A stretch of DNA of 64,000 nt. It comes from Lytechinus pictus (taxonomy: Eukaryota). Below, piece after piece: positions 1-12,260 of this stretch. The stretch's first letter is position 1. Every line of letters begins with the position of its first letter. The notes under the pieces were generated by a model. That model was not told where the DNA came from, ran no database searches, and saw nothing but the letters and a program-made list of their open reading frames with translations. The translations under genes and the position numbers were made by a program. Where the stretch lies: the NCBI RefSeq assembly GCF_037042905.1, contig NC_087251.1, forward strand, positions 18,788,001 through 18,852,000, in the 5' to 3' direction.

Positions 1-121
1 ATCACAATCTTGATCTGCATCAAAATGGAGTATGATGTTGGGTCAAATTTTGTCAAGTTTAGGAAGGTCAAATTATTGAAGACAGCATACAGAAAAGCAG
101 GAATGAAGTACAAAGCAAGTA
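1..121 (-). CDS. SLC35A-family nucleotide-sugar transporter (senju-like), coding exon 4, continues beyond window start
   Basis: Acceptor tttattttcAG; translates (V)LALYFIPAFLYAVFNNLTFLNLTKFDPTSYSILMQIKIV, containing the SLC35A motif YxxPAxLYxxxNNLxF; in frame with the upstream exon. Confidence 0.9.
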
Positions 122-560
122 CTGAAAATAAAGGAACAGGTAAGAAAACAATTTTCAAATCTATTCATGTGAACAAGTTTTTATAGTACTTATGAGAAAA
201 AAAATTTACAAATAAATTTCTATCCAAACAGAGCAGTGATTCAAATACATGGAGATCTCACACCTGCTAATACCAACAAATGCAGAACGCAATTATCTCT
301 CTGAAAATCTTCCCAAAGACTGGCTGTGTCCTCACCTACACTTAAACCAGTTTAATGTGGCAAAGCAGTCTTGAAAACCACATTGCAAGGTGGTTTTCCA
401 AACTTGTTTGGAAGACTACATTATAGATCACTTCCATGCCTGCTTTGAGCATCCCCATTACATGTTAAACAAGTTTATGAACATACATGTAGATGAGAAT
501 AGAGTTTAATATAGACAGCACTTATTGATGTTATGTGCTATAACAGCAATAGGGTATGTT

Positions 561-1114
561 CCCGGGGGGGGGGGGGGGCCACTTCCATTCACGAGTGGAT
601 ACCATGCGCGACCATGAGATCTCAAAAAGCACCCTAAACACGTATTTTCCATATTCTAAAATTGCAACCCTTAATACGTATTGGCGTGTGAAACCCTACC
701 CTTAACAAGTATTGGAAACAAAACGATACTAATTGCAAGTATTCCCTGAATTGAACCCCTAAACAAGTACAGCGGTATGTCACGTCAGTCGGTTTTACCT
801 TTACCTACATCATTGCATGGGTTTAACAGCCCAACTCGCGCAAATCATACTCTAAACACGTAGTGTTGACTCTTGGAGCAAAAAGTACATCCTTTATAAA
901 ACATTTTAGTCTTGATTTTTATACCCTCGCAAATTCGACCCTAAACACGTAGCTTTCCTAGCGAAATAGATACCCTTTTTTCATTATTTTAGCGTTTTTG
1001 ACACCCTTATTACGTTACGTACGTAACGTGCCCTATCTTGAAAAAGACATCCTTTTTACGTGTTTTTTTGGTCGCGCATGCTATCCACTCGTCAATGTAA
1101 GTGGCCCCCCCGGG
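561..1114. mobile_element. Non-autonomous TIR DNA transposon (MITE), 8-bp TSD
   Basis: TIR CCCGGG..GGCCACTTCCATT-ACGAGTGGATACCATGCGCGACC at both ends; TSD ggtatgtt at 553-560 and 1115-1122; same family as 6824-7494. Confidence 0.85.
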
Positions 1115-1717
1115 GGTATGTTAGACAAATATTAGATAAGATGACATGGAGTAAGTTGAAAAAGTTGAACAAGCTCCCATTATAAAGAAAGATCAACAAT
1201 GCTATCAAAACTATATGTACTTGTGCAATGTGCGCTTAGCTATGTCTCCTATAAGACAAATGTTTGCCCTGGCGGTGATTTCAAAGATTTCTTTTTCCTT
1301 CTAATAATCAAGAGCCAGATAATGGTAAATATATCTAAACAATAGCCACGATGCTATTTGTCTCATCCAAACCTTATTCCAATTTGAAATTTAAATTTAA
1401 AACTTATTTCCAAAGGAACCATTTAAGGCAGTCCTGCAAACAAAAGATTTTAATTGTTTAATATTCATAAGGAATGTATTAAGAAGTTTGACAAATTCCA
1501 ATTTGCATTGAAATAGTGAATTTGGTGTCCATGGCATTGTTAATTTAAGGAATTAAATCATTATTTTTATTCAAGTTTTTATAGCATTAAACATGAAACT
1601 GACACATAAAAAATGGGTAATCGTGCAGTTTGCATGAAACAATTATGCCCTGAATATTTTTTCACCAAGCATATCATTGTAGAGTAAAATTTGAAACTTT
1701 GTAGAATGAAATCTTAC

Positions 1718-1764
1718 CTCTGGTATTCTTTGAAACATCTTTAACAACTCCATGAAAAGAAAAT
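1718..1764 (-). CDS. SLC35A-family transporter, coding exon 3
   Basis: ctttacctAG acceptor, GTAAG donor; 47 nt; (R)FSFHGVVKDVSKNTR(V); phases match both neighbouring exons. Confidence 0.85.
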
Positions 1765-2625
1765 CTAGGTAAAGAAAGATGTTAAAGAACAAGAAAATAT
1801 AATAATTGTTCATATAAAGACAAATACAGCCTTCATCTTCAGCCCCAATGATTGAAAGCTGGAGGAGAGGTCACATGTAACAGTAATTCTGTTCAAATCT
1901 CTCCCAAGCACAGGTGCGACATATGGTGACAAATTGAATAGAAAGGAAATGGTAGATATTTTTGCTTGTTTTCTATCATAAAGCCCACATATTACAGTAT
2001 TTGACATGGTTTAAAGCTAGTTGAGCAATCAATTGAAATTATTATGGCATCAATCATTATTGATTCCACAATTATTGATGCAATTCAATCCCTGCAATAG
2101 GCCCAAAATTCTATTTACTGTACTTGTAGCTATGTTTTTTTTATATTAGTAATGATAATGTAAATCGCCCCTTTCAGTCCTGCTGCTGACCAATATTCAT
2201 ATCATATATGTGCATATACCAAAAATAAACATTAATAATAAAAAATAAAAGATATTGAAAATAAAATTGAAAGAGTCTGCATGTATAAATTATTTTTTTT
2301 AAAGCAAGTAATAATCTCTAGAATTCAAAAGTTTGTGAACATGTATGTTATGAATAAAAAAAGTTATCCAGGAAATGGCGGTAATAGATTGCCAAAAAAT
2401 GATAGATTTATCTCTATTTCTCTAGGCAATAAATACTAAATGTACTCTTTAAAGAAAACAGCACAGATATGGCACATTATCTTGACTCATTGACAGTTGC
2501 TGAAAAATAAATTACATTTAAGAAACAATATCATACAAAATAGTACCTGGTATATGACAATAAGATCATAGTTTCAAAAATATATTTCAATCTTAATTAA
2601 AGTCTGTAAACAAAGCGTATCTCAC

Positions 2626-2743
2626 CTATAAAGTGCCAAAACAGTAGATACCAGAAGCTTAAGAGCATCTATATGTAATATTGCTGCTGTTGCATTGTAA
2701 CTGTAACCTTTCTTCTTGTTCTGTGTCCATGTTACCAAGATGC
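2626..2743 (-). CDS. SLC35A-family transporter, coding exon 2
   Basis: ttgcttAG acceptor, GTGAG donor; 118 nt; (S)ILVTWTQNKKKGYSYNATAAILHIDALKLLVSTVLALY(R), resembling the TM1-TM2 region of Drosophila senju and plant CMP-sialic acid transporter-like proteins. Confidence 0.88.
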
Positions 2744-3198
2744 CTAAGCAATAGAATATAAAGGGAAAATATTCAATATATCATGTATAACAACATAATA
2801 AAATGGATATAAAGATATCCATGTAAATCAAAACTACAGGTAGTAGTTCAAACAATTATGTAAAGATGTGGGGGGGGGTGTTGAACAGATTCAACAGATA
2901 TGCGACTCAAATAATTTTAAGTAAATAAGTTAAATAAATATGCAACTGAAATAATAAACAAAATTGTATTTGAAAAAAAAGACTACTAGACTAGTAAAGG
3001 TATAGGAGTTCAATACAGTTTGATACAGGTCCATTAATTTCTAATAACTTGGTTAAATTGAATAAAGATTGTGACAAAAAAAAATGCAAAACTGCAAAGT
3101 ATGGTATATCTATATCAAAATAATTTCATATTCAAATATCTCATTAAACTAAAGCCAATATCAAAAGGACAGAAAGAATCAAACAATATCCAGCTTAC

Positions 3199-3268
3199 TA
3201 TGGTTCACACAGAAGACCATGTAGCACACAAAGACGATCCAGTTGCTTGCACTAGAGAGCCCCAACAT
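3199..3268 (-). CDS. SLC35A-family transporter, first coding exon (exon 3199-3354 including 5'UTR)
   Basis: ATG at 3268 in an ACCATG context; MLGLSSASNWIVFVCYMVFCVNH; GTAAG donor; acceptor tttttacAG at 3355-3356. Confidence 0.82.
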
Positions 3269-4304
3269 GGTTGATTACTCTGTGTTCACAGGAGCCTCAG
3301 ATAGTCAGCGGAGAAATGCTAATTTCCTAAGTGATCCATTACTGCTAGAAGTCCCTGTAAAAAGCAAAAAAAAAGTACCTTCATGCTCCTTGATAAAAAG
3401 AAACTAAACTTTTTGATTATTTAAGTAAATTAATAAAAACTAGGTGCAGAGAATAGTTCAATTTATACTGGAACTGTCTCACCCTGAAGGTGTGTAATTT
3501 ACTAAGTTTACTCTTAAAATGCACAATGTTAAACTAAACAATCAATCTACCTCTTGACTTTTCTTCCAGGGTTAAAATAAAGACAGAGACAAGTTGTACC
3601 TGATTGGTCAGTAACCACTATGGTTGATTAGAAATGCAAATAATGGAGGCAAATAATCTTATTTTATCAATCAGTGTTAATTCTAAGTCATCACTTGCAA
3701 TACCTCTAAATGCTCCCCTTGTTGCCAAGATAACAAATCAGAAAAAAATATCAAGGCCAGTTGGGCCCTGTTGAAGAAAGGCTATTAGTACAGTATTAAA
3801 CTTTGAAATGCAATGGTCGCTACTCGCTACCAAGTTAAAGATTATCATGCAATGGCCAAAAGGATTTCATGAAATTTTAATATAATTGTACACTATAACT
3901 TTAATGCAACGGCCCAGGGCATTGCATGTGTGAAGGCAAGCACTCTCAAAATACAATATCCCCAAATTGATGAATACTTTTGTAAGGGATGAATATTTAA
4001 TGTTTGATTTAATTGTCTATTTCACACTTTGCTTTCCATACTTCTCTTAATCTCTTTGCTTACAATTTTATGCCATTGTCAAACCTGTTTTACCCATCCT
4101 TACTTTCCACGTCACATATTAGATTAACCATGACAAAATTCAACCCTCATGATTACTTTGCAGGAATCTGAGGCAGGAAAGAAGAATACACAAAGTTTTT
4201 TACAACAATATGAACTATTCAAATTATATCCTTTGCACCCTCAGAAGGTTTAAGAACTATAAATCTGGCTCAAGGGATGCCATTTGATTTTACAGTCTAA
4301 ACAA

Positions 4305-4681
4305 TTAAAGGTAAAAGACAGTAGTTGCAGCAAACAATTATTTCATGAGTAAGTCTTTTAAATCATGTTCCATTGTCAAAATATTATCATACTTCTAGAT
4401 CTGGTACATTCATGTAAACATATCTTTGTAAAATCATGAAATCTATCAAAATCAATAATTCTGATGATCACTAAAATAGAAAAGCATGTGTGGGACAGCA
4501 TTTTAATATTGCTTCAAAACTACCCGACATTTGATGGAATTCCGCACTTATTTTGCTCATTTGACAGCAATTATGCATTTTCTTCCAGAGCTCCTTGGCA
4601 CAAACACTTTGGTGGTAATTTTATTGGATTCTGTTTGAACTCATTTTGAGATCGTTACCACTAACTAGTATTTATCTTTAA
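4305..4681. mobile_element. Kolobok-like non-autonomous element (TTAA TSD)
   Basis: ttaa-AGGTAAAAGACAGTAG ... CTAGTATTTATCT-ttaa imperfect TIR. Confidence 0.55.
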
Positions 4682-4784
4682 AGCCTGATAAGGCCTGAAA
4701 ATAATGGGAAGTTGTTTAGGGCCTGAAAACTGTAGAGTTGCATCTCTGCAGGAAGTGTGAATGCAGGAGACCTGATCAAGCCTC

Positions 4785-4866
4785 TTAACCCCTTGCTTAC
4801 TGAATTCTGGAATCCCCATATATGCTTTCTATAAGGACCATCTGGTTCCAATAGGCAATGGGTTAA
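4785..4866. mobile_element. Tiny piggyBac-like MITE (TTAA-CCC...GGG-TTAA)
   Basis: ttaaCCCCTTGCTTACTGAA versus reverse complement of the right end ttaaCCCATTGCCTATTGGAA. Confidence 0.55.
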
Positions 4867-5548
4867 TGGGTATTTTTTTTAATTAGGCAGGTGTGAATAT
4901 TCCACTAGAGAATCACTTATCATAAGTACATGCATGGCTGACCCCTTTTCATGCTCCTCCAATCAGGTGACCTTCAAGGTCTGCACTCTAAGGGCAAGTT
5001 TAATAATAGAAAACTTTACAGCCTTGTGTAAAGATTGGACACAAACAACGATTGATTCCTTCCTCATTTCCACATTCCCTTTCTACAGTATTCTTCATTG
5101 TATGAGCACAAAGGTTGATGTTCCCTTGTGAAAATGTGAATTGATCTAGGGAACATATAGGCCTATACAATATCTAATATTTGGCTTTTAACACATCCCA
5201 TATTTGCAATAGGGCATCTCTCAACTCAATGATTGGTAAATGTAGACTTTCTAGAACTTTTCTGAACTGAATTATTGAACAGCATAATAATAACAATAAT
5301 AATACCGGTACTAATTTTTTTATGGCACAAATTACAGTTAAGTCTCTTAGTGCTCTAAAACTTAAGGTAGCATGAGAAAAAAGAAAGAAAGAGAGAGAGA
5401 GAGAAAGAAAGAAAATGAAAAACAATCATATTGAACCTAAATACATCATTATACATATTTGAGACTGAATTTGGAACTACATAATTAATGCATCAATATT
5501 AGGAGAATTCAAATTTTTCTTTGGAAAATGTAACACTATAACATAGAC

Positions 5549-6131
5549 TTAAAGGACAAGCCCACCCCAACAAAAAATTGATTTGAATAAAAAGAGAAAA
5601 TTCCAACAAGCACAGCATTGAATATTTCATCAAAATCGGATATAAAATAAGAAAGTTATGACATTTTAAAAAACAGTTATGCACATCCTGGTCGGTATGC
5701 AAATGGGGTGACTGATGACGTCATCCACTCACTGTTTCTTTTGTATTTCTTACATGAAATATGAAATATACTAATTTTCTCCTCATTGTCAAGTAAAAAA
5801 ATGATTGATTCCTCCCTGAACATGTGGAATTGGCATTGTATAATACTATATGGGTCAGACAAGTTGGTCCTTATTGTCAAATATGTAAAAAATGAAATAC
5901 TGTATAATTTAAACAATAAAAAAACAAGAAAAATAGTGAGTGAGGGACATCAGTGACTGTCTCATTTGCATGACCACTGACTTGTGCACAGAAGAAAACT
6001 AAGCGAAACTTTAAGATGCCATAACTTTCTTATTTTACATCCGATTTTGATGAAATGTTCAGTGTTGTGCTAGTTTGATTTTTATCTATTGAATCAAATC
6101 AACATTTGTATGGGGTGGACTTGACTTTTAA
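5549..6131. mobile_element. Kolobok-like MITE family A (TTAA TSD, long TIR)
   Basis: ttaaAGGACAAGCCCACCCC ... GGGGTGGACTTGACTTttaa; further copies at 14159-14756 and 63400-63825, plus an end fragment near 41060-41106. Confidence 0.8.
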
Positions 6132-6823
6132 ATAGATCAAGAGAAGAACATTCTTTAATATTATTGGGGAGTTTAGCATAATCAACCATATATGACTATG
6201 TATGCAGTTTAAAAACTTATTGTATTTCATATTTCAAAAAATATAAGCTTTCAAGTATAAACAGCTAAAAACACACTCCATTCATATATGATTAATTTTA
6301 TCATCCCACAAATTACCTTTATTGGTAAAGAATGTTTTCCTTCAATAAGAATTTCCATATAGGCCTAACACATTTTTCATATCCAAGTTTCAAATACAGA
6401 TAAATCACATAGATATTTCACAATTGTTTATCTTGCAATACAGTAATAAAACAAATCAAATGAAATAATTATTTCTACTTTCCTAGTATTTTACCAATTG
6501 AGTTAAATAATTTCAAACTGTTTACAACATATCCCACATACAGTGAATTACACATGCTTTATTACATAACAATTACATTGAAAATATATTACCCCAATGT
6601 CATTAAAAAATACACTACAGAATGAAAAATATTGCTCAAGGCTATTGTATCTTGAAAAACAACAACAAACAGCTGAACACAGATCTATATCATGAGAAAA
6701 GCCAAACTGAGTGACTATTAAACACAATATAGATTGATATATTAGAAAGTCTAATTTTAAACAATAACTAGGTGTCCCACCAGTCACCATGCACAGATAC
6801 AGTGTAGGTAGGTGGCAATTCAG

Positions 6824-7494
6824 CCCGGGGGGCCACTTCCATTGACGAGTGGATACCACGCGCGACCACGGGGTCTTGAAAAGCACCCTAAACACGTATT
6901 TTCCATTTCTGAAAATGCACCCCTTAACAAGTATTGGCGTGTGAAACCCTACCCTTAACAAGTATTGGAAACAAATACTATTGGCAAGTATTCCCAGAAC
7001 TGAGCCCCTAAACAAGTACAGCGCGATGTATTTTCCATATTCTGTAAATGCACCCCTTAACAAGTATTGGAAACAAAACGATACTCTTAGCAAGTATTCC
7101 CTGAAATGAACCCCTAAACAAGTACAGAGGTATTTTATTGTTATGTCACGCATCCGCCGGTTGTCAGTTTTACCTTTAGTCACCATTATTTGATTTAGTA
7201 CGGCCCCACCTTCCACACCTCGCGCAAATCAGACTCTAAACACGTAGTGTTGGGGCAAAAAGGACATCCTTTATAAAACATTTTGATTTTGTTTTATCAT
7301 CCCCGCATATTTGACCCTAAACACGTATATTTTTCCGAGCGAAATAGATACCCTTTTTTCAATATTTTGTGTTTTTGACACCCTTATCACGTTACGTACG
7401 TAACGTGCCCTATCTTGAAGAAGACATCTTTTTTACGTGTTTTTTTAGTCGCGCATGGTATCCACTCGTCAATGCATAAGTGGCCCCCCCCAGG
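6824..7494. mobile_element. TIR MITE, 8-bp TSD (same family as 561-1114)
   Basis: TSD caattcag at 6816-6823 and 7495-7502; same TIRs; internal repeated ACCCTTAACAAGTATTGG and CCCTAAACACGTA units. The 222-aa minus-strand ORF here is spurious. Confidence 0.85.
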
Positions 7495-7609
7495 CAATTC
7501 AGATAATTAACTTATTTCTTAAAGAGAAAATGAAACCAAACACGTAGGCCTACAGTGCACAACAGTGATAAACTGCAATTTCAAATGGGAGTGATCATAA
7601 AAAAACATT

Positions 7610-7806
7610 ACCACCAATATGCACCATCACCACCACCACCATGACCACCATGGTCCACCACCACCATCACCACCACAATTCATCAGCAGCAGCATTAGCA
7701 TCATCATCATCAATTCATCATTATCATCATCATCATCATCAGTGTACCATATCCAGCTCCATGATCAATGCACCATCTCCATCATCATTCATCACCATCA
7801 CCATTG
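7610..7806. repeat. Degenerate (CAC/CAT)n trinucleotide microsatellite
   Basis: Seen directly; explains the His-rich ORFs in the track. Confidence 0.9.
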
Positions 7807-7941
7807 AGATTCGAGATAGCAAGATGAAGATTAAAATAATTTTAAAAGACGTAGTTATACGCTTTTCTCTAAAATTTGTTTTTATTTTAAGGTTTAAATC
7901 CGAGATCTAGGACAAGGAATAAAAATAGCTACAGGCCTTAC

Positions 7942-8050
7942 CTAGAATTTAGCCCAAGAACGCCTTCGGTTATTCAACTTCTCTACAAGAATGGATCAAG
8001 AGAAGATCCTTTTCCACGGCAGTCCAACGCCAACACGCCATTTCCATTTC
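7942..8050 (-). other. Putative non-coding first exon of the SLC35A-like gene
   Basis: Strong donor CTAG|GTAAGG at 7942; GAAATGGCG (YY1-like) and CCAAT motifs near 8037-8060; CpG-richer than the flanks. 5' boundary uncertain. Confidence 0.6.
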
Positions 8051-8510
8051 GTCTTCCAATCACGTACAATACAGCATGTACATGCGCTATGCATGCACTG
8101 AGAATAAGGGACATCCCCATCTACCGGTACTACGGAGAGCCAATAATATGTGAATGTTGTTTTTTGGTGGTATTTTGTTATGATCTCATTTCACATTGAA
8201 TGTGCATAAATGGCGAAATAAACATCTAATTTTAGCGCTGAAATTAATGGGTATTTTTTAATGATTAATTTTTCATACCCCCAGTGAAAATGACTTTAAA
8301 AAGTTAATATGGAATAGTAATATGGCGATATTGAACCCTTACTCTGGCGTGCCGTATTTTGGTAAAGACTGGGAGCCGTCTAGACTAGACTACAGCGAAT
8401 TTTTTCGACTCGAGTCGGCCCTATTGTCCGTGTCATCACTCGCGCTCGCCGATCGAATAAACGCAATACACCTCTCAAACTAAGTTAGGTTTAATTTGAA
8501 ATCATTGGTA
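8050..8510. promoter_or_regulatory. Bidirectional promoter region between the SLC35A-like gene and CHP1
   Basis: Under 500 bp between the divergent first exons; CCAAT near 8056, AATATGGCG near 8319, CpG-rich patch 8390-8460. Confidence 0.6.
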
Positions 8511-8577
8511 ATGGGTTCTAGGACATCCTCACTCCTTCAGCAGGAGGAAATTGAAGAAATTCAGCAAGAAACTGGTT
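8511..8577 (+). CDS. CHP1: Calcineurin B homologous protein 1, exon 1
   Basis: MGSRTSSLLQQEEIEEIQQETG(F) with N-myristoylation motif MGxxxS; GTAAG donor. The five exons total 576 nt = 191 aa. Confidence 0.95.
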
Positions 8578-9229
8578 GTAAGTAGACACACATTCCTTTC
8601 TTAAGAGGTGTAGTTTTCGGGTATGATTTTCCATGCCCAGTGCACGTCGACGTTTGTTTCTTCATTCTTGCCTCACTAAATAGGTTAATGTAAGGCTGTA
8701 ATCAGTTCCTGGTTTGCACTGGCCCATATACTAACCTCGCAATACGTGTGAATGGCACTGGCCTGGAAGTTCCGGGTATACGCGAATGAGTGGCCCGACC
8801 CAACATTCATCAGGAAACATTTTGAATGTAGACAGCTGAAATTTGAATTTCCAGCAGATTCTGATTTATCAGAGACTTTTGTAAAACTTTAAAAATGCAG
8901 CTTTGGACGTGTTGGAAAATAACTTAATCTGATAATTGTGAAAATAAGTTAGGTCTAATCATTAATGTTGACTTGTCTTGTTTTAATATTTTATAAACGG
9001 CAATGCTGCTCTCATAAATAAGCATGTTGAGTTAGACTACACTCTTAGAGTTTGACCCAAGGCTAATGATACACTTTAGTTTTCGGTGTCCCGAAACCTG
9101 AAGTTTTATCAGGCCACAAATCCAGTTTACTTTTGTTTTCTCTGTTGCAGCTTACTGTAGCAGAAGAAAATCAAACGTGCTGCAAGAAACAGAACGCATA
9201 CAAAAAAAGGAAAATTACTATTTTAAAAG

Positions 9230-9500
9230 GACAAAAATACAATATGTCTATATAAGAAGAAAAGAAAAGAAGAAGAAGAAAATAGAAAAAATGCAGGAAA
9301 AAAAATGAAACAAGAAAAGAAAAAAGAACAAAAGAAAAGAAACGAAAAAAAAAAGAAATAAAAAGAAAAAAGAGAAAAGAAAAAGAATAGAAAAAAAGAG
9401 AAAAAATAAAAAATAAGAGGAAAAAAGAGAAAAATAATAAGAAAAGAAAAGAAAACAGAAGAAAAGAAAAATAACAAGAAAAGAGAAGGAAAAAAAATAA
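9230..9500. repeat. A/G-rich low-complexity tract
   Basis: Nearly pure purine on the + strand; source of the Phe-rich minus-strand ORFs. Confidence 0.85.
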
Positions 9501-9791
9501 GCTGTTGAAAATGAACAAAAGCTGTGGCAAAAATAGTCAATCCTGACTGGTTGCCAACCAAGGAAAGAAGAAGAAAAAACACTTCTTTACTTGAAATTAT
9601 ATTAGGGTAGCGCTGCAAGTCAGGTGGCATGTTCGGGTTCAGTTCAGCAGAGTTCAGGAATTTTTTCCTGAACTTTGGTTAGGTTTTGGGTTCTGCAATG
9701 TATGACTAAATGAATTACAACATAAAAGAAGAGATCACTAGCCCTGAAGCATGTAACATTCGTCGTAACCAATGTCTGTCAGATATGGTAG

Positions 9792-10031
9792 TAGGGGAGA
9801 TTGGGGTTAGTTGGAACACGGGGTAAGTTGAAACATTGTAATTTTCTTTAACGCCTGTAAAATGAATTTATGCAATACTGCCCCCAATTTATTGCTATTA
9901 ATAATACAATACTGTTGTATTATTAATAGCAATAAATTGAGATCAGTATTGCATAAATTTATTTTACAGGCGTTAAAGAAAATTACAATGTTTCAACTTA
10001 CCCCGCGTTCCAACTAACCCGATCTCCCCTA
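9792..10031. mobile_element. 240-bp near-perfect palindromic MITE (Tc1/pogo-like ends)
   Basis: TAGGGGAGATTGGGGTTAGTTGGAAC... pairs with ...GTTCCAACTAACCCGATCTCCCCTA over about 117 bp; loop near 9910-9914. Confidence 0.85.
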
Positions 10032-10959
10032 TATCCTATTGCCAGACACCTTTAATTTCAGTGCTTTAAAGAGGACAATTAGAGGAAATAGATTTAAGAA
10101 AAATTCACACTTGCTATTCCAGATATGAAAATAATGAATAAGTAAAAATTATTTCATATTTACCACCGTTTTCTTTGCATCGCACTTGCCGCATACCCCT
10201 CCAAGAAAAAACAATTATTTTTGTGTGTGACAAATTACATCATGTTTCTGGATGTGCGCCAGATGGATGATGATATTCTTGATAAATGATAGTGTGAATA
10301 AGAATTGGTGTTATTTTTTCTTCATATATCATATTATGCGCAAATTTTAAGATTTCGTTTGCTTTGAATTTGAGCAGATGTTGGAAATAAATTTGTCTTT
10401 GCTAAATAGGCCTAATATAATTTTTTCATGTTAGGTGCATGTTCCATGTATCTTTCCAATATTTATTATTTGTATGCTTGTGACGCTCATCAAGTTCAAT
10501 TGTTGACGGCTGTAATAATACTCACAGTGATGAGGACATATTATACATTGCCAGCATAGCCTACATCGCATGTCAACAGTTGAAGGCGCAGCCTAGATTG
10601 AAAGTCGGCAAATCAGGCGTGCGTTTCCACCAGAAAATGTATCAATTGTTAATGCAAAGCTATGTAATCTGGTATTTTAAGCATTTTTTGTAATTTTAGA
10701 GATAAAAAAGGTAAAACTTATATTTCTTTCGTCTCGTTTTTGCATTCTTGTTCCATTTATTGGTCTGTGGAATTGAACTGTTTACGGTAGTCCTATGCTA
10801 CGCCTACAAAATTGCTTTCGTAAGCAGAAATCTGTGCATCCGGAATCATGATAGTGTCTGGTGATACAATATGTGACTATACTTGAAAGTTGAAACAAAT
10901 TTTTTTTTTTAAGAATAGACTTTATAAAACTTGTTGCATAATTTTTTTATATATTTTCA

Positions 10960-12260
10960 GAAAAAATAGTAAAAGTTCTTTTTATTTTCATTTCAAATTA
11001 AATAAAAGTACCAAAGGAAAAAAAAAATCAAATGAGAGAATGAGGATAGAAACAGAATTTCAAAGAACAGAATATTTTTAAGGATTATTTCATGTAGTTA
11101 TGATTGTGATCGATAACAATGTCATACAAAGACAGCTACCCCTATCGGAGAGTGTTGATCGGGAATGTCGAACCACAAGACAGACAACCTTCACTCAAAT
11201 GCTATTTTACTGGTTAAATTCATATTCCAAATAATATGAAATGTTTTCCAAAGTCCATATATTTCCTTAAAAGTGGTTTAATCTAGTCGATTTATTACTC
11301 TAAAAAGATAAATTATCAGTCCATTCTTGGTCCTGAAAGATCGACGCTAAGTGACTTCAAACACATTTCCAATATGAAAATGAGTGCATTGGACTGTACT
11401 GTGTATTTTAGTATTGTGAAAATAATCACCAGATGTCGATCATTCAGGACCAAGATGGAAAAGATCATTTATCTTATTATTTTCAGTAATTGACAAGATT
11501 AAACCACTTTTTAGAAAATATTGACTTTGGAGGAACGCCTCATATTCGGAATGTGAATTTTTCAAGTATATTAGCAGCTGAGTGCAGGTTGTTTTGTTTC
11601 AACTTTCCAGATCAATGATTTCCCAAACACAATCGTGGCATCTTTGCTTCGTTTTTCTTTGACTTTTTGTTCTTTTCTGTTATTTAAAATTCTATTTCTA
11701 CCCTCATTTCTTATTTATTTGGATATTTCAGAACTCATAAGGGCAAAAGTAATTTTTCTGTTTGTCAGTTATGAGGAAGGAATTCATGTCTTGTCTATTT
11801 TCTTTTAATTAATACAAAACAATTATGACTGATTACTACTATGAACGATTTGGCCATATACTTCCAGATCAACTATTTCCTGTTCGGAACGTGATCATGG
11901 CGTTGCTTCCCTTTGCTTTGACTTTTTGATCTTTTATTTTATTTAGATTTCTATTTCTACCCTAATGAATAATTATTTGGACATTTCAGAAGGTGAAAGA
12001 TAAATTTTGTCAGTTATGAGGAAGGAATTTATCAGGGGCCGCGGACCGGTGTTCAAAGTTGGGGGGGGGCTGACCATGCTAAAAATCACAATCATATGGT
12101 AATTTTTACGTTTTTGTACACGGTTTTGGAAAAAAGTGGGGGGGCTGAAGCCCCCCCAGTTCCGCGGCCCCTGTTTATGTCTTGTGTACTTTCTTTTTAA
12201 ATAAAAAACAATTATGACTATTTATAACAACTATGATTGATTACGGCCATATACATATTC
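10960..12260. repeat. Old degenerate foldback (arms about 10960-11350 and 11430-11800) with a tandem duplication of the right arm (about 11600-11850 and 11860-12250)
   Basis: For example CTTGGTCCTGAAAGATCGAC versus GTCGATCATTCAGGACCAAG, and AAAAGTGGTTTAATCT versus AGATTAAACCACTTTT. Boundaries approximate. Confidence 0.6.
12033..12173. mobile_element. Short CAGGGG-ended MITE with 5-bp TSD (hAT5-like)
   Basis: CAGGGGCCGCGGA...TCCGCGGCCCCTG; TSD tttat; an empty paralogous site lies near 11779-11793. Confidence 0.85.

Noticed and set aside
6548..7216. 222-aa minus-strand ORF
   Set aside because: Lies across a MITE with internal repeats; no recognisable domain, and the second copy does not keep the frame.
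7619..7910. His-rich ORFs
   Set aside because: Translation of a CAC/CAT microsatellite.
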